A stretch of 44,513 bases of DNA from an uncultured archaeon (lineage in GTDB: Archaea > Altiarchaeota > Altiarchaeia > IMC4 > SCGC-AAA252-I15): contig CAZPLO010000010.1 of NCBI GenBank assembly GCA_964587725.1, positions 1 through 44,513 on the forward strand, in the 5' to 3' direction. Below the pieces are notes generated by a model, which worked only from the letters and a program-made list of their open reading frames with translations, ran no database searches and was not told the origin of the DNA. This document shows, one piece after another, positions 1 to 8,716 of this stretch (position 1 is the stretch's first letter; the number at the start of each line of letters is the position of its first letter). The position numbers and the translations under genes are program-made.

Positions 1-342
1 GTCGGGGTCGTAGCCTGCGTCCCGCACGCACTGGTAGGTGCTCTTCAGCGTCGTCGTGGTGGTCGAGGACGTCGGGGCTGATGTCGTGGTGGTGGGGGCA
101 GTGGTTGGTGTGGCGTGTGTTGTGGTGGTCTCCTCAGTCATCGGCGCCGGCAGGGACGTGTCCCCGTATTCGTCTTTGTCGCATACTCCGTTGCCGTCGC
201 GGTCGAGGCAGCATTCGGTGCCGTATTCCATGTAGGGGGGCGGACAGTCGTCTTCGCCGCCGGTGTCTCCGAACTCCGGCAGCTGGCAGCACAGGCACCC
301 GCTAACCAGCAGCACAGCCGCCGTCAACACCCAATTCATCAT
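1..342 (-). CDS. Secreted/lipoprotein-like Thr- and Cys-rich surface protein (5' part only; runs off the window start; not in the ORF track)
   Basis: Manual translation from ATG at 342 (ATGA overlap with the DRG stop): MMNWVLTAAVLLVSGCLCCQLPEF...CPPPYMEYGTECCLDRDGNGVCDKDE...TTTTHATPTTAPTTTTS. Lipobox-like SGC, Thr-rich linker, open to position 1. Confidence 0.85.
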   Translation of the reverse strand, partial: MMNWVLTAAVLLVSGCLCCQLPEFGDTGGEDDCPPPYMEYGTECCLDRDGNGVCDKDEYGDTSLPAPMTEETTTTHATPTTAPTTTTSAPTSSTTTTTLKSTYQCVRDAGYDPD

Positions 343-1412
343 AGCTCTTTTATGACTGTTACTGTGTCTCTGTCTTTAAGTACGTGTGTGAGTCCGCACC
401 GCTGCCCCTCGTGTTTCACGCTGTCCCCCCACACCATCGCGTAACGGAACCTGTTTTTGAAGTCAGGATGCATCTTGCCCACCAAGTCCTCCACAGTCGC
501 CCCCTTCTTCAGTATCATGGGCTCCTCCAAATCCGGTTTCCCGCCCTGCGGCTTCATGTAGACCCTAATGAACTCCAGCTTCCTGAAAATGTTCTCCCGC
601 AGCTCCCCGAGGTTCTCTCCCGTCTCCGCGGACACCGGAATATAATCCTCCGGGTGCTTAGCGTCCGGCTTCAGGTCTATCTTGTTCACCGCAACCACCG
701 ACGGAATATACACTCTGTTCCCCATCACCACGTCTATCAAATCGTCTTCCGACACGTCCTCCCGGATTATGATGTCTGCGTTGTGGACTCCGTTGGCCCC
801 CAGTATCCCTTTTATGGTCTCATCTGTCAGCCGGGTCTCCACGGTCTTCGTAATCTTGAGTCCGCCGCGGCTCTTCTTCTTCAACGTCACGTCAGGAGGC
901 TCCCTGTCCAACCTCACCCCCACACCATATAATTCCCCTTTTATCTCCTCACCCGATGGTATACGGTTCACGTCCAACAGTATCAACACCAGGTCTGCGT
1001 TACGTACCATCGACAATACCTCACGGCCCCTGCCCTTCCCGCCCGCAGCCCCCGTAATCAACCCCGGCAGGTCGAGCAACTGTATTCTGACGCCGCCGTA
1101 CTCCATCATCCCCGGCACAACATCCAAGGTGGTGAACTCGTAGGCTGCGACCTTGCTGGACGCGTTCGTCAAACTGTTAATCAACGTGGATTTGCCGACG
1201 GACGGCAGGCCCACCATGACGACTGTTGCATGTCCGGTCTTCCGCACCCCGAAACCCAGACCCCCGCCCTTCGACTTCCTCCGGGTCTCAGCCTTCTCCT
1301 TCAACTGAGCGAGCTTCGCCTTCAGCTTACCGATGTGGTGCTGGGTCGCCTTATTGTATTTGGTGTTCTCAATCTCCTCCTCGATTTCACGAATCTTATC
1401 CTCAAAGTCCAT
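339..1412 (-). CDS. drg: DRG/Obg-family GTPase with C-terminal TGS domain
   Basis: KATQHHIGKLKAKLA N-terminus, GLPSVGKST P-loop, YEFTT, DLPG, NKID, TGS-like C-terminus. Confidence 0.95.
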   Translation of the reverse strand: MDFEDKIREIEEEIENTKYNKATQHHIGKLKAKLAQLKEKAETRRKSKGGGLGFGVRKTGHATVVMVGLPSVGKSTLINSLTNASSKVAAYEFTTLDVVPGMMEYGGVRIQLLDLPGLITGAAGGKGRGREVLSMVRNADLVLILLDVNRIPSGEEIKGELYGVGVRLDREPPDVTLKKKSRGGLKITKTVETRLTDETIKGILGANGVHNADIIIREDVSEDDLIDVVMGNRVYIPSVVAVNKIDLKPDAKHPEDYIPVSAETGENLGELRENIFRKLEFIRVYMKPQGGKPDLEEPMILKKGATVEDLVGKMHPDFKNRFRYAMVWGDSVKHEGQRCGLTHVLKDRDTVTVIKEL

Positions 1413-1453
1413 GTCCGGAGTTTAATATCATTGTCACCAAGTAAATATACTTT

Positions 1454-2482
1454 ATGGCGTTTTTCACCGGCCGCTTCCTCACCGTTCTCGCGTTCCTCCT
1501 GGTGTCGGCGGGGGTGTGGTTCATATTGGACGGGTTCGGCTACAGGATGCTGTTCGCCGCCGTCCCCTTCCTGCTGGCGGTGCAGATTACGCTGAGCGAC
1601 GCGTTAGAAGGTATTTTGATGGCGAAGCTCAACTACAAGACCAAATGGTTCACCTTCCTTATTGCACCCGGCACCATACTCCACGAACTCTGCCACTTGT
1701 TCGCGGTTTTAGCTACCGGCGCCACCGTAACCAAGGCTGCGCTGTTCAAACCCGACCCACGAACCGGCGTCTTAGGCTACGTGAACTACGCGCAGCCCCG
1801 GGACCGCTGGCTCGTGTTCAGGGAGTTCATCATAGGTTTTGCGCCGTTCTTCGGCTGCGGCCTTCTCCTGTTCATGTTCAACGTCCTCCACGGCGGAGAC
1901 CTGCTGTCCCTCCTAGACGACTCCCCCGTACCAGACCTGGAATCCGCCGGCGATTCTGTAATCGCCCTCGTCTCCGCGGTTTCCACCTCCATGTCGAACA
2001 TAAACTATTCTAAGCCTGCTATGTGGGTTGTATTGTATCTGCAGTTCTGCTTCGGCTTGGGTGCGGCCCCCAGCAGCACCGACTTCAAGGGCACGTTCTC
2101 TTCGCTGCGGAAGCACCTGTTCAGCGCGTTGTTCTTCACCGCCTTCACGGTGTCGGCTGTCCTGGTCTCCAACCAGTACTTCGGCTTGGGAGGGTTGGAG
2201 GAGCGGCTGGCGTACGCCGTAGCGGTCGCATTGAAGTTCATAATCGTAGTTCTGCTGCTGTCGATTGCGCTGCTGGCCGTGGGCATACCGTTGGCGTACG
2301 CGGGCGTCCTATTACTGGAGATCAAGGGTATAGCTAAAACCGTTCCCCTGACCGCCGCCTTCCTAGTGTTCTACGCGGTCCAGAACCCCTACGGCATACG
2401 TTACGCGTTTTCCGCCGCCGTGCTGGCGTTCATGATACTGCTGCTGCTGTTCAGGTACGAGCACCTTTTTCGGGCTCGTTAG
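1454..2482 (+). CDS. Polytopic membrane protein with HExxH motif, M50-like metalloprotease
   Basis: Many hydrophobic segments; PGTILHELCH, GYV and IGFAPF motifs. Confidence 0.7.
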   Translation: MAFFTGRFLTVLAFLLVSAGVWFILDGFGYRMLFAAVPFLLAVQITLSDALEGILMAKLNYKTKWFTFLIAPGTILHELCHLFAVLATGATVTKAALFKPDPRTGVLGYVNYAQPRDRWLVFREFIIGFAPFFGCGLLLFMFNVLHGGDLLSLLDDSPVPDLESAGDSVIALVSAVSTSMSNINYSKPAMWVVLYLQFCFGLGAAPSSTDFKGTFSSLRKHLFSALFFTAFTVSAVLVSNQYFGLGGLEERLAYAVAVALKFIIVVLLLSIALLAVGIPLAYAGVLLLEIKGIAKTVPLTAAFLVFYAVQNPYGIRYAFSAAVLAFMILLLLFRYEHLFRAR

Positions 2483-3237
2483 AGTATTCTGCCGCCGCCT
2501 GGGGGGAGGAAACGCTGTATCTCGTCGAGGCTGCCTCCCAGCTTGGCCTTCACCTGTTTGGCGAGCTGCCCTTGACTGACGTCCCCCACACCCACCGTAA
2601 CATGCTTTTCCGCGTGGGCTTTCACCGCGTCAACGGGGCCGCCGATAATCCGGTCCTCCGCCAACCCAACGGCCACCTTTAGTTCGACGTTCCGGTGCCA
2701 TGTTTTCTCCCCGTAAACCATGAACGCTCCCTTAGGCAGGTACTCTCCGCTGGGCGGCGACTTGCTCACCTGCTCCGGCGTTACCTCGTAGACGTCGCAG
2801 GCTCCCATCCCCCGGCTCCACGCCTTACTGTATGATGCCGCAGCCGCCGCAGCCTCCTTCCTAGTCTGTTCCGGCACCTCCCCCGCTGCCTTCACCGTGA
2901 AGAACGGCGCGCCCTGGACGTTGGCGTGGAATACGAGGTCTTTCGCGTCAGTGTGTTTTTTTATCAAAATTTCGTTTGTCGTAGCATCCCGTCCGCCTAT
3001 CACCAGCAGTCCGTCGCTGCTGCGGAACCAGCGGAACTTCTCATACCACCTCCGCTCCCGCCGTTTTTTGATGCCCGGCTTCTCCTCCACCTCTTCGGGC
3101 ACGTCCTCCAGCTTCTTCCTGCTCGCCTTTATCGCCTTCTTCATCCCCGGTATCTTGGCCTTCAGCTTCTTCGCTCGCTCATAGTGTTCGGCGGCGTTCT
3201 CATGAACTGTTTTGCGGGTGTCGTAGGCGAACTCCAT
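2479..3237 (-). CDS. NFACT-R (DUF814) domain protein, C-terminal part of an Rqc2/RqcH homologue
   Basis: ENAAEHYERAKK, WYEKFRWFRSSDGLLVIGGRDATTNE, FHANVQGAP, QVSKSPPSGEYLPKGAFMVYG. Confidence 0.9.
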   Translation of the reverse strand: MEFAYDTRKTVHENAAEHYERAKKLKAKIPGMKKAIKASRKKLEDVPEEVEEKPGIKKRRERRWYEKFRWFRSSDGLLVIGGRDATTNEILIKKHTDAKDLVFHANVQGAPFFTVKAAGEVPEQTRKEAAAAAASYSKAWSRGMGACDVYEVTPEQVSKSPPSGEYLPKGAFMVYGEKTWHRNVELKVAVGLAEDRIIGGPVDAVKAHAEKHVTVGVGDVSQGQLAKQVKAKLGGSLDEIQRFLPPGGGRIL

Positions 3238-3358
3238 CGCATCTATATTGTATCCGAGGCAGATAAAAAACAGTTTTTGAAATAATTTAAACTTTTTTTT
3301 AAATAGTTTATACTTTTTTCCAAACTATTTTTATTCTCGCCCGCATTCTTCGTAATTG

Positions 3359-3676
3359 ATGTCTGTCTGTTCATACTGTGGGAGGGAGTTCGGGGAGCTT
3401 CCGTTCAAGTGCCGCCATTGCGGAAAAACATTCTGCCCCCAACACAATATTCCAGAGTCCCATGACTGCCCGAAATTCAACCCCGGGAAGCCGTGGTACG
3501 GCCGCGGCGCAGACTACACGCCGCCGGTCAGGGGGAGGGACAGGGTTTCCGTGGTCAGAGCCCAGCCCGTCCGCAGGGGTTTCATACGCCGGGTCGACGA
3601 TTCGTTCCCCGGCGGCTGGTTCGGCGTTGCCTTGTCACTGATGGCGCTGGCTGTCATTATCCTGAGCCTGACGTGA
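3359..3676 (+). CDS. AN1-type zinc finger protein with C-terminal TM helix
   Basis: CSYC..LPFKCRHCGKTFCPQHNIPESHDC; hydrophobic C-terminus; ATG at 3359. Confidence 0.85.
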   Translation: MSVCSYCGREFGELPFKCRHCGKTFCPQHNIPESHDCPKFNPGKPWYGRGADYTPPVRGRDRVSVVRAQPVRRGFIRRVDDSFPGGWFGVALSLMALAVIILSLT

Positions 3677-3982
3677 GTCGACCTCGTCCTTGGTTTCACG
3701 GTAGAACCGGTAGTCCCCCAAGCTGTTGAAGGACACCGGCGGTCCCTCGTAGCCGCAGTCCAGGCACGTGTAGACCCCCATTATGGGTCCGAAGCGTTTC
3801 AGCCAGTGTTTCACGTGCTTCAACGCGGTGATGTTCCTGCCGCCGCACCGGGGGCACGCGAGAATCTCCTCCCTTTTACCGCCTTCCTCCGGCGAGAAAA
3901 ACCACTTCAACACAATGTTCTTGAGCGTCAGCCACGCGAGCAGTGTCACGGTAACAATCAGCAGGCCGTCTATGAGTTCCAC
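3635..3982 (-). CDS. Small membrane-anchored zinc-ribbon protein
   Basis: N-terminal TM helix, CPRCG...CLDCGY. Confidence 0.7.
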   Translation of the reverse strand: MELIDGLLIVTVTLLAWLTLKNIVLKWFFSPEEGGKREEILACPRCGGRNITALKHVKHWLKRFGPIMGVYTCLDCGYEGPPVSFNSLGDYRFYRETKDEVDSRQAQDNDSQRHQ

Positions 3983-4017
3983 AATCCAATAAATAACCCC
4001 TGCGCCTATATAATTGC

Positions 4018-4290
4018 ATGGGCAAGAACCCGTGGATAGCTGCGTTCCTGTCGTTTCTGGTGGCGGGCTTGGGTCAGTTGTACGTGGGCAGGTTCAGGCG
4101 GGGCGCAGTGTTTTTTCTGCTGGAGCTGGCGACCGCCTACCTGTACTGGGACGTCCACGAGCTGGTAGGCGGGGTTTTGAACCTGACCGTCGGGTTGCTG
4201 GCCATAATAGACGCGTTCCGTCTTGCGAAACAGGCTCCCGTGCGGAAGACCGAACCCAGGAAACCGGACAGACAATACAGGGTGTTTTAG
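4018..4290 (+). CDS. Small membrane protein (TM2/DUF5683-like)
   Basis: KNPWIAAFLSFLVAGLGQLYVG signature, hydrophobic. Confidence 0.75.
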   Translation: MGKNPWIAAFLSFLVAGLGQLYVGRFRRGAVFFLLELATAYLYWDVHELVGGVLNLTVGLLAIIDAFRLAKQAPVRKTEPRKPDRQYRVF

Positions 4291-4295
4291 GAAAA

Positions 4296-5378
4296 CTACT
4301 TCTCTTCCGCGGGAGCCTCGGCTTTCTCTTCCTTCGGCTTGACTTCTTCTTTCTTCTCAGCCGGCTTCTCTTCAGCCCCGGATTTTTTCTCCTCTGGAGC
4401 AGCATCTTCCTTCTTTTCCTCAGGTGCGGCTGGCTTCTCCTCTTTTTTCTCTTCAGCCTCGGGCTTTTTATCTTCTGGAGCGGCTTCCTCTTCCTCCTTT
4501 GCCGGTTTCCCCTCCGCCGCAGCCTCCTCTTCCTTCACTTCGGCCTGGAGTTCCGGTGGCAATGCGGCCTTCAATGCCTTCGCTGCCGCACTTGCCTTCC
4601 CCAGGTACAGGGGTATGGTTTCCTTGTTGATGATTTCCGCGTTCACCATCAGGTTCCTGGTGTTGCAGATGCCCTCGTACAGCAGCATCTCTATGGTGGC
4701 TTTGTTGTATACGCGGGCGTTGTATGCGAGGTTGAACGCTTTATTGTATGCGTTCTGGAGTTTCCCTATGGTCTCCGGCTCCTCGATGTGCAGCACGTCG
4801 CCAGGGTACACTATCCCGTCTTCGTAGGCTGCTATAATCCTTATCTGAATCTCCCTCGGCTCTATGCCGAGTCTCGTCAGTACGGTGGCGACGTTGTCTT
4901 CAATCCGCTCGCCCTCTCTCGCGACAACAGAGTCTTCTGTCACGACGATTTTGCCGCCCTGTATCTTGGCCTTCACCCCCGCCCTCTGGAGGTCCCCTAT
5001 CACCGGCCCAGCCGGCAACCCGGTGTCTCCCTCCTGAACCACCAGATCATACGGTGCCGTGCTTCCGGTCTTCGCCGGAGCAGTGGTTTTGCGGCTGGAG
5101 AATGTCTTCTCCAATTGGAACGGGTTGAGTTCGCTGAACGCTATACCGCACGGCCCCTTCAAATACTCTTCCATCCCCTCTATGCCCGCCTTCTTGAGGG
5201 CCCGGGATATGAGGCTGCTTCTGGAGACGCGCAGGTCCACGTCCTCTTTAAGCTCTTTCCTCATCAGCTGCATCTGCTTTGAGGGTATGCCGCTGATGCT
5301 GACTAATCCCACTACCTTGCTGGTTTTCATCTTCTTGGCCAGCTCAGACACCGTGTCCTTCTTCCATGTGGCGGTCAT
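4296..5378 (-). CDS. rpl10: 50S ribosomal protein uL10 (P0) with long charged C-terminal tail
   Basis: WKKDTV, QMQLMRKEL, GPCGIAFSELNPF, APAKTG, GDTGLPAGP; downstream of rpl1. Confidence 0.95.
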   Translation of the reverse strand: MTATWKKDTVSELAKKMKTSKVVGLVSISGIPSKQMQLMRKELKEDVDLRVSRSSLISRALKKAGIEGMEEYLKGPCGIAFSELNPFQLEKTFSSRKTTAPAKTGSTAPYDLVVQEGDTGLPAGPVIGDLQRAGVKAKIQGGKIVVTEDSVVAREGERIEDNVATVLTRLGIEPREIQIRIIAAYEDGIVYPGDVLHIEEPETIGKLQNAYNKAFNLAYNARVYNKATIEMLLYEGICNTRNLMVNAEIINKETIPLYLGKASAAAKALKAALPPELQAEVKEEEAAAEGKPAKEEEEAAPEDKKPEAEEKKEEKPAAPEEKKEDAAPEEKKSGAEEKPAEKKEEVKPKEEKAEAPAEEK

Positions 5379-6001
5379 AATCTCACCGCCTCCCCCATGG
5401 TGGTTTTAACGTACATGGAGGAAATGTTCTCCTTGTGTATGACTCTTTCCACGGCGGTGTAGACTGCCATGATGTTTGCGGCGATGTCTTCCGCGCTCAT
5501 TTCTTCAGAACCAACGGGTGCCTGCACTGTCGGCAGCTTCTTGGATTTTATGCGGACCGTGTTCTTGGCCCTGTCGATGACCGCCTTGACGTCGGCGTTC
5601 GGCGGCACCGGCTGCGGCATCTTCCCCCGCGGACCCAACACGATACCCCATGTTTTCCCGATGGAGGCCATCAAATCAGCCTGGGCTATGAAACCGTAGC
5701 ATCGGCCGGCGTACTTCCGCATCTCGCGTTTGTCGCCTGCCATCTCCTCCAGTTCAGCGCGGTTGAGGACGTGTTTGCCGTGTTTCTTGGCTTGAACATA
5801 CAGGTCTCCGTCCGCGAACACGCCTATTTCAACGTCCTTGCCACGTCCCTTGGGCAGCGTCACGTTTAGGTTTATCTTGTGCTGACCCTCTATTTCGACG
5901 TTTTCGAAGTTGAATATGACCTCCACGCTCTGCTTGAACTTGCGGTTGGTCTTCTTGGACAACGCATCCTCTATCTTAGGAATTATCTCATTGGCTTCCA
6001 T
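5375..6001 (-). CDS. rpl1: 50S ribosomal protein uL1
   Basis: RKFKQSVE, LPKGRGK, LGPRGKMP, YVKTTMG. Confidence 0.97.
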   Translation of the reverse strand: MEANEIIPKIEDALSKKTNRKFKQSVEVIFNFENVEIEGQHKINLNVTLPKGRGKDVEIGVFADGDLYVQAKKHGKHVLNRAELEEMAGDKREMRKYAGRCYGFIAQADLMASIGKTWGIVLGPRGKMPQPVPPNADVKAVIDRAKNTVRIKSKKLPTVQAPVGSEEMSAEDIAANIMAVYTAVERVIHKENISSMYVKTTMGEAVRL

Positions 6002-6006
6002 GTTGT

Positions 6007-6044
6007 GTCCCTCCTAGCCAGTGAGCCGGCTAGTGCAACGGGTC
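6007..6044 (-). promoter_or_regulatory. Putative uL1-binding autoregulatory leader overlapping the rpl1 Shine-Dalgarno
   Basis: Minus strand CCC-GUUGCA-CUAGCCGG(CUCA)CUGGCUAG-GAGGG 7 nt before the ATG. The internal loop C-GUUGCA-C / G-GA-G resembles L1 target sites. TTTAAA TATA-like box near 6066-6071. Confidence 0.55.
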
Positions 6045-6073
6045 TTATATCTTAAACAGCGAACCTTTAAAAG

Positions 6074-6766
6074 CTACTTCTTCTTTTCGTCGGGTTTCTT
6101 CTCCTTGCCTTCAGGCTTCTTCTCTCCTTCGGGTTTCTTTTCCCCGGGCTTCTCCCCCCCTTCCTCGGTCGCTTCCCCGCCTTCCGCCTCCTCTTCTTCC
6201 GCTGGGGCGGGCGGCTTCTCCTCTTCAAGGCCGACTATCTTAACCTTCTCCTCCTCGTGGTGGACGAGCTTCGGCAGCTTGTCGGTTTTCCCTGCTATGT
6301 AGTCGTCTAACTTACCCGAGTCCACTGCCTCGTTCATCTCCTTCGGCGTCAATCCTTCGATGCTTATGCGGAGGCTCTGGCATGCGCCTACAATCTCCTT
6401 CACCGCGGCCTTCAAGTCGTTCGCCAGCAGACTGCCTTGCTTTCCTTTGGCGACCTCCAACACCTGGTCGAAGCTCAAGTCGCCGACCAGTGCGGCTGTT
6501 CCGCCGCCTTTCTCCACGCCCAACGCCTTCAACAGCAGTGCGGACGTCGGCGGGCTTCCCACCTTGACTTCGAACTCTTTCGTGGCGGGGTCTACGATGA
6601 CTTCGACGGGGACCTTCATGCCCTTGAACGGCTCGGTGGCCTTGTTTATCTCCTCAACTACTTTGCCGGCGTTCACGCCCATGGGCCCCAGCGCGGGCCC
6701 CAGCGGCGGTCCTGCGGTGGCGGCTCCGCCGTCTACTAATACTTTGATGGTCTCCTTCTTACTCAT
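6074..6766 (-). CDS. rpl11: 50S ribosomal protein uL11 with long acidic/Lys-rich extension
   Basis: LVDGGAATAGPPLGPALGPMGVN, FKGMKVPV, PPTSALL. Confidence 0.96.
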   Translation of the reverse strand: MSKKETIKVLVDGGAATAGPPLGPALGPMGVNAGKVVEEINKATEPFKGMKVPVEVIVDPATKEFEVKVGSPPTSALLLKALGVEKGGGTAALVGDLSFDQVLEVAKGKQGSLLANDLKAAVKEIVGACQSLRISIEGLTPKEMNEAVDSGKLDDYIAGKTDKLPKLVHHEEEKVKIVGLEEEKPPAPAEEEEAEGGEATEEGGEKPGEKKPEGEKKPEGKEKKPDEKKK

Positions 6767-7271
6767 CCTTCTCCCTCACCAGTATCTTGATGTCTTCCCC
6801 GCTGACTACGACGGGTATCGGCACCGCCGCCTCTATGAGTTCGACGGTTATCTCGTTCTTGTCCTCGTCTATTCTGGCGACCTTGGCTTTCTCCCCCTTG
6901 AAGGGTCCGGAAATCAACTCTATCAGGTCTCCGCGGTTGACTTCAGTGGCTATCTTCCTCGGTGTCAACGTGGCCTCCAAATCGTCTATGGGGATTATCC
7001 CCGCCGACTCGAGGTTGCCCTTCTCCTTCAGTAGCAGACCCCTGGTCTTCGGCACCTCGCGGGCGAGGTCTTCTACGACTCCGGGGCTGTTGGCTTCAAC
7101 CAGCACGTACCCCTTCAACCCGGTGGTGTAGAGGACGCTGTATATCTTGCCCCCTTCAGCCTCTATGGCGGACTTCTTGTTCTTTGCCTCACGGTACAGG
7201 AGCTCCGCTACAACCCGCTCCTGTCCGGCCGTCGCCTTCACAGCGTATATTTTTGGGGTTTCCTCGGTCAT
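6759..7271 (-). CDS. spt5: Transcription elongation factor Spt5 (NusG)
   Basis: IYAVKATAGQE, LKGYVLVEA, KOW motif GDLIELISGPFKGEKAKV. Confidence 0.96.
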   Translation of the reverse strand: MTEETPKIYAVKATAGQERVVAELLYREAKNKKSAIEAEGGKIYSVLYTTGLKGYVLVEANSPGVVEDLAREVPKTRGLLLKEKGNLESAGIIPIDDLEATLTPRKIATEVNRGDLIELISGPFKGEKAKVARIDEDKNEITVELIEAAVPIPVVVSGEDIKILVREKDE

Positions 7272-7444
7272 AGTATTCCCGCCTGCTCAGCCACCCTGAA
7301 CAACAAAAATATTATGAAGCCCAGGGAGCCCAATATGATTATGCCCATGCCGCATATCTTGCTGGTCTCACTGTACTCGGACGACTTGGGCTTTCGTGTG
7401 AGCCTGAGTATCCTCCGGGTCTCCTTGATGGCCTTAGCTATCAT
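7268..7444 (-). CDS. secE: Protein translocase subunit SecE (Sec61 gamma)
   Basis: RILRLTRKPKSSEY plus a single TM; canonical ftsZ-secE-spt5 synteny. Start ATG 7444 (alternative TTG 7456). Confidence 0.92.
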   Translation of the reverse strand: MIAKAIKETRRILRLTRKPKSSEYSETSKICGMGIIILGSLGFIIFLLFRVAEQAGIL

Positions 7445-7487
7445 TATTTGCTCCAACTATAAGGGAGTCGGCATATAAAAAAACCTT

Positions 7488-8627
7488 TTACAGGCTCTTC
7501 AACCCTATGTCGACTCCGCCCTTGCCTTCGCTTCTCTCGACCTTGTCCTCCAGCTCCTCCTCGTAGCCGGGGACGCTGACTCCCGCCAGAATAAGCAGCG
7601 TCTTGATAACGTTGCGGTCGAGATTCTCCTCTATCTGGGCTCCCCAGATGATTTCGGCGTCCGGGCTTATCCGCTCCGAGACGATCCTGACGATGTCTTC
7701 GGACTCCTCCAGGGTCATGTCGCGGGAGCCGATGATGTTTATGAGCGCGCCGGTGGCGTTGCTTATGTCCGTGTCCAGCAGCGGGGACGTCAGCGCCTTC
7801 TCCACCGACTCCCTGCTGCGGGCGTCCATGGACGTGTCCTTCGAAGAGGCTCCTAAGCCTATCATGGCGGTTCCGCCGTCGGCCATTATGGCTCGTACGT
7901 CGGCGAAGTCCAGGTTCACGAGGCCCGGCTTCGTAACCATCTCCGTAATCCCTTTCACGCCGTTGCTCAACAGCTCGTCCGCCACCTTGAAGGCGGCGTT
8001 CAGCGGCAGGTTCGGGGCTATGTCGAGCAAGCGGTCGTTGGGTATGACTATTACGGTGTCCGCGTATTTCCTAAGCTTCTTCAGGCCGCGCAACGCGTTC
8101 TCCGCCCTCACATGTCCTTCGACGCTGAAGGGGAGTGTGACTATGGCTATGGTGAGGGCCTGAAGCTCTTTTGCTATCTCCGCGACAACGGGGGCGCTTC
8201 CGGTTCCGGTTCCGCCGCCGAGTCCGCAGGTGATGAACACCATGTCAGCGCCCTGTAGGGCGCCGGATATCTTGTCCACGTCGGCTTCCGCGCACTGCTC
8301 CCCGATTTCGGGGTCGTTTCCTGCGCCCACGCCGCCGGTTACGCTCGTGCCGATGAGTATCTTGGTGGGGGCCTTCGAGTATAGCAGGTGCAGGGCGTCG
8401 GTGTTGACCGATATCACTTCCCCGCCTTCAACACCCATCTCCATCAGACGGTCTATGGTGTTGCTGCCGGCGCCTCCGCACCCCACAACACGTATTGAAG
8501 TCTTTATGCCCTCCACAATCCTCCTCAGCTCCTCGTCGGAGTCGGAGGCCTTGCCAGGAGAGCTGGTCTGCTGTCTTCCGGTTCCACTGTCTACTTTGTT
8601 AATAGCGTCTTGGACTATCGCATCCAT
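7488..8627 (-). CDS. ftsZ: Cell division protein FtsZ (FtsZ1 type)
   Basis: VVGCGGAGSN, GLGGGTGTG tubulin signature, PGLVNLDFADV. Confidence 0.98.
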   Translation of the reverse strand: MDAIVQDAINKVDSGTGRQQTSSPGKASDSDEELRRIVEGIKTSIRVVGCGGAGSNTIDRLMEMGVEGGEVISVNTDALHLLYSKAPTKILIGTSVTGGVGAGNDPEIGEQCAEADVDKISGALQGADMVFITCGLGGGTGTGSAPVVAEIAKELQALTIAIVTLPFSVEGHVRAENALRGLKKLRKYADTVIVIPNDRLLDIAPNLPLNAAFKVADELLSNGVKGITEMVTKPGLVNLDFADVRAIMADGGTAMIGLGASSKDTSMDARSRESVEKALTSPLLDTDISNATGALINIIGSRDMTLEESEDIVRIVSERISPDAEIIWGAQIEENLDRNVIKTLLILAGVSVPGYEEELEDKVERSEGKGGVDIGLKSL

Positions 8628-8716
8628 TGTCTAATCACACCCCATCACTGAGTAAAATAAAACGAATTAACTCGTCTATTATTATTATTTCCTTGGTTTA
8701 AAAAACGCGGCGGGGG

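Noticed and set aside
4296-4540. Repetitive TTC/CTT-rich DNA as a possible tandem repeat or CRISPR array
   Set aside because: Explained by Glu/Lys codons of the uL10 tail; no regularly spaced identical repeats anywhere in the window
4014-5282. 422-aa + strand ORF and many other long shadow ORFs (e.g. 15517-16668, 21099-22022, 34358-35317)
   Set aside because: Antisense or frame shadows of well-identified genes in a GC-rich genome; no recognisable motifs
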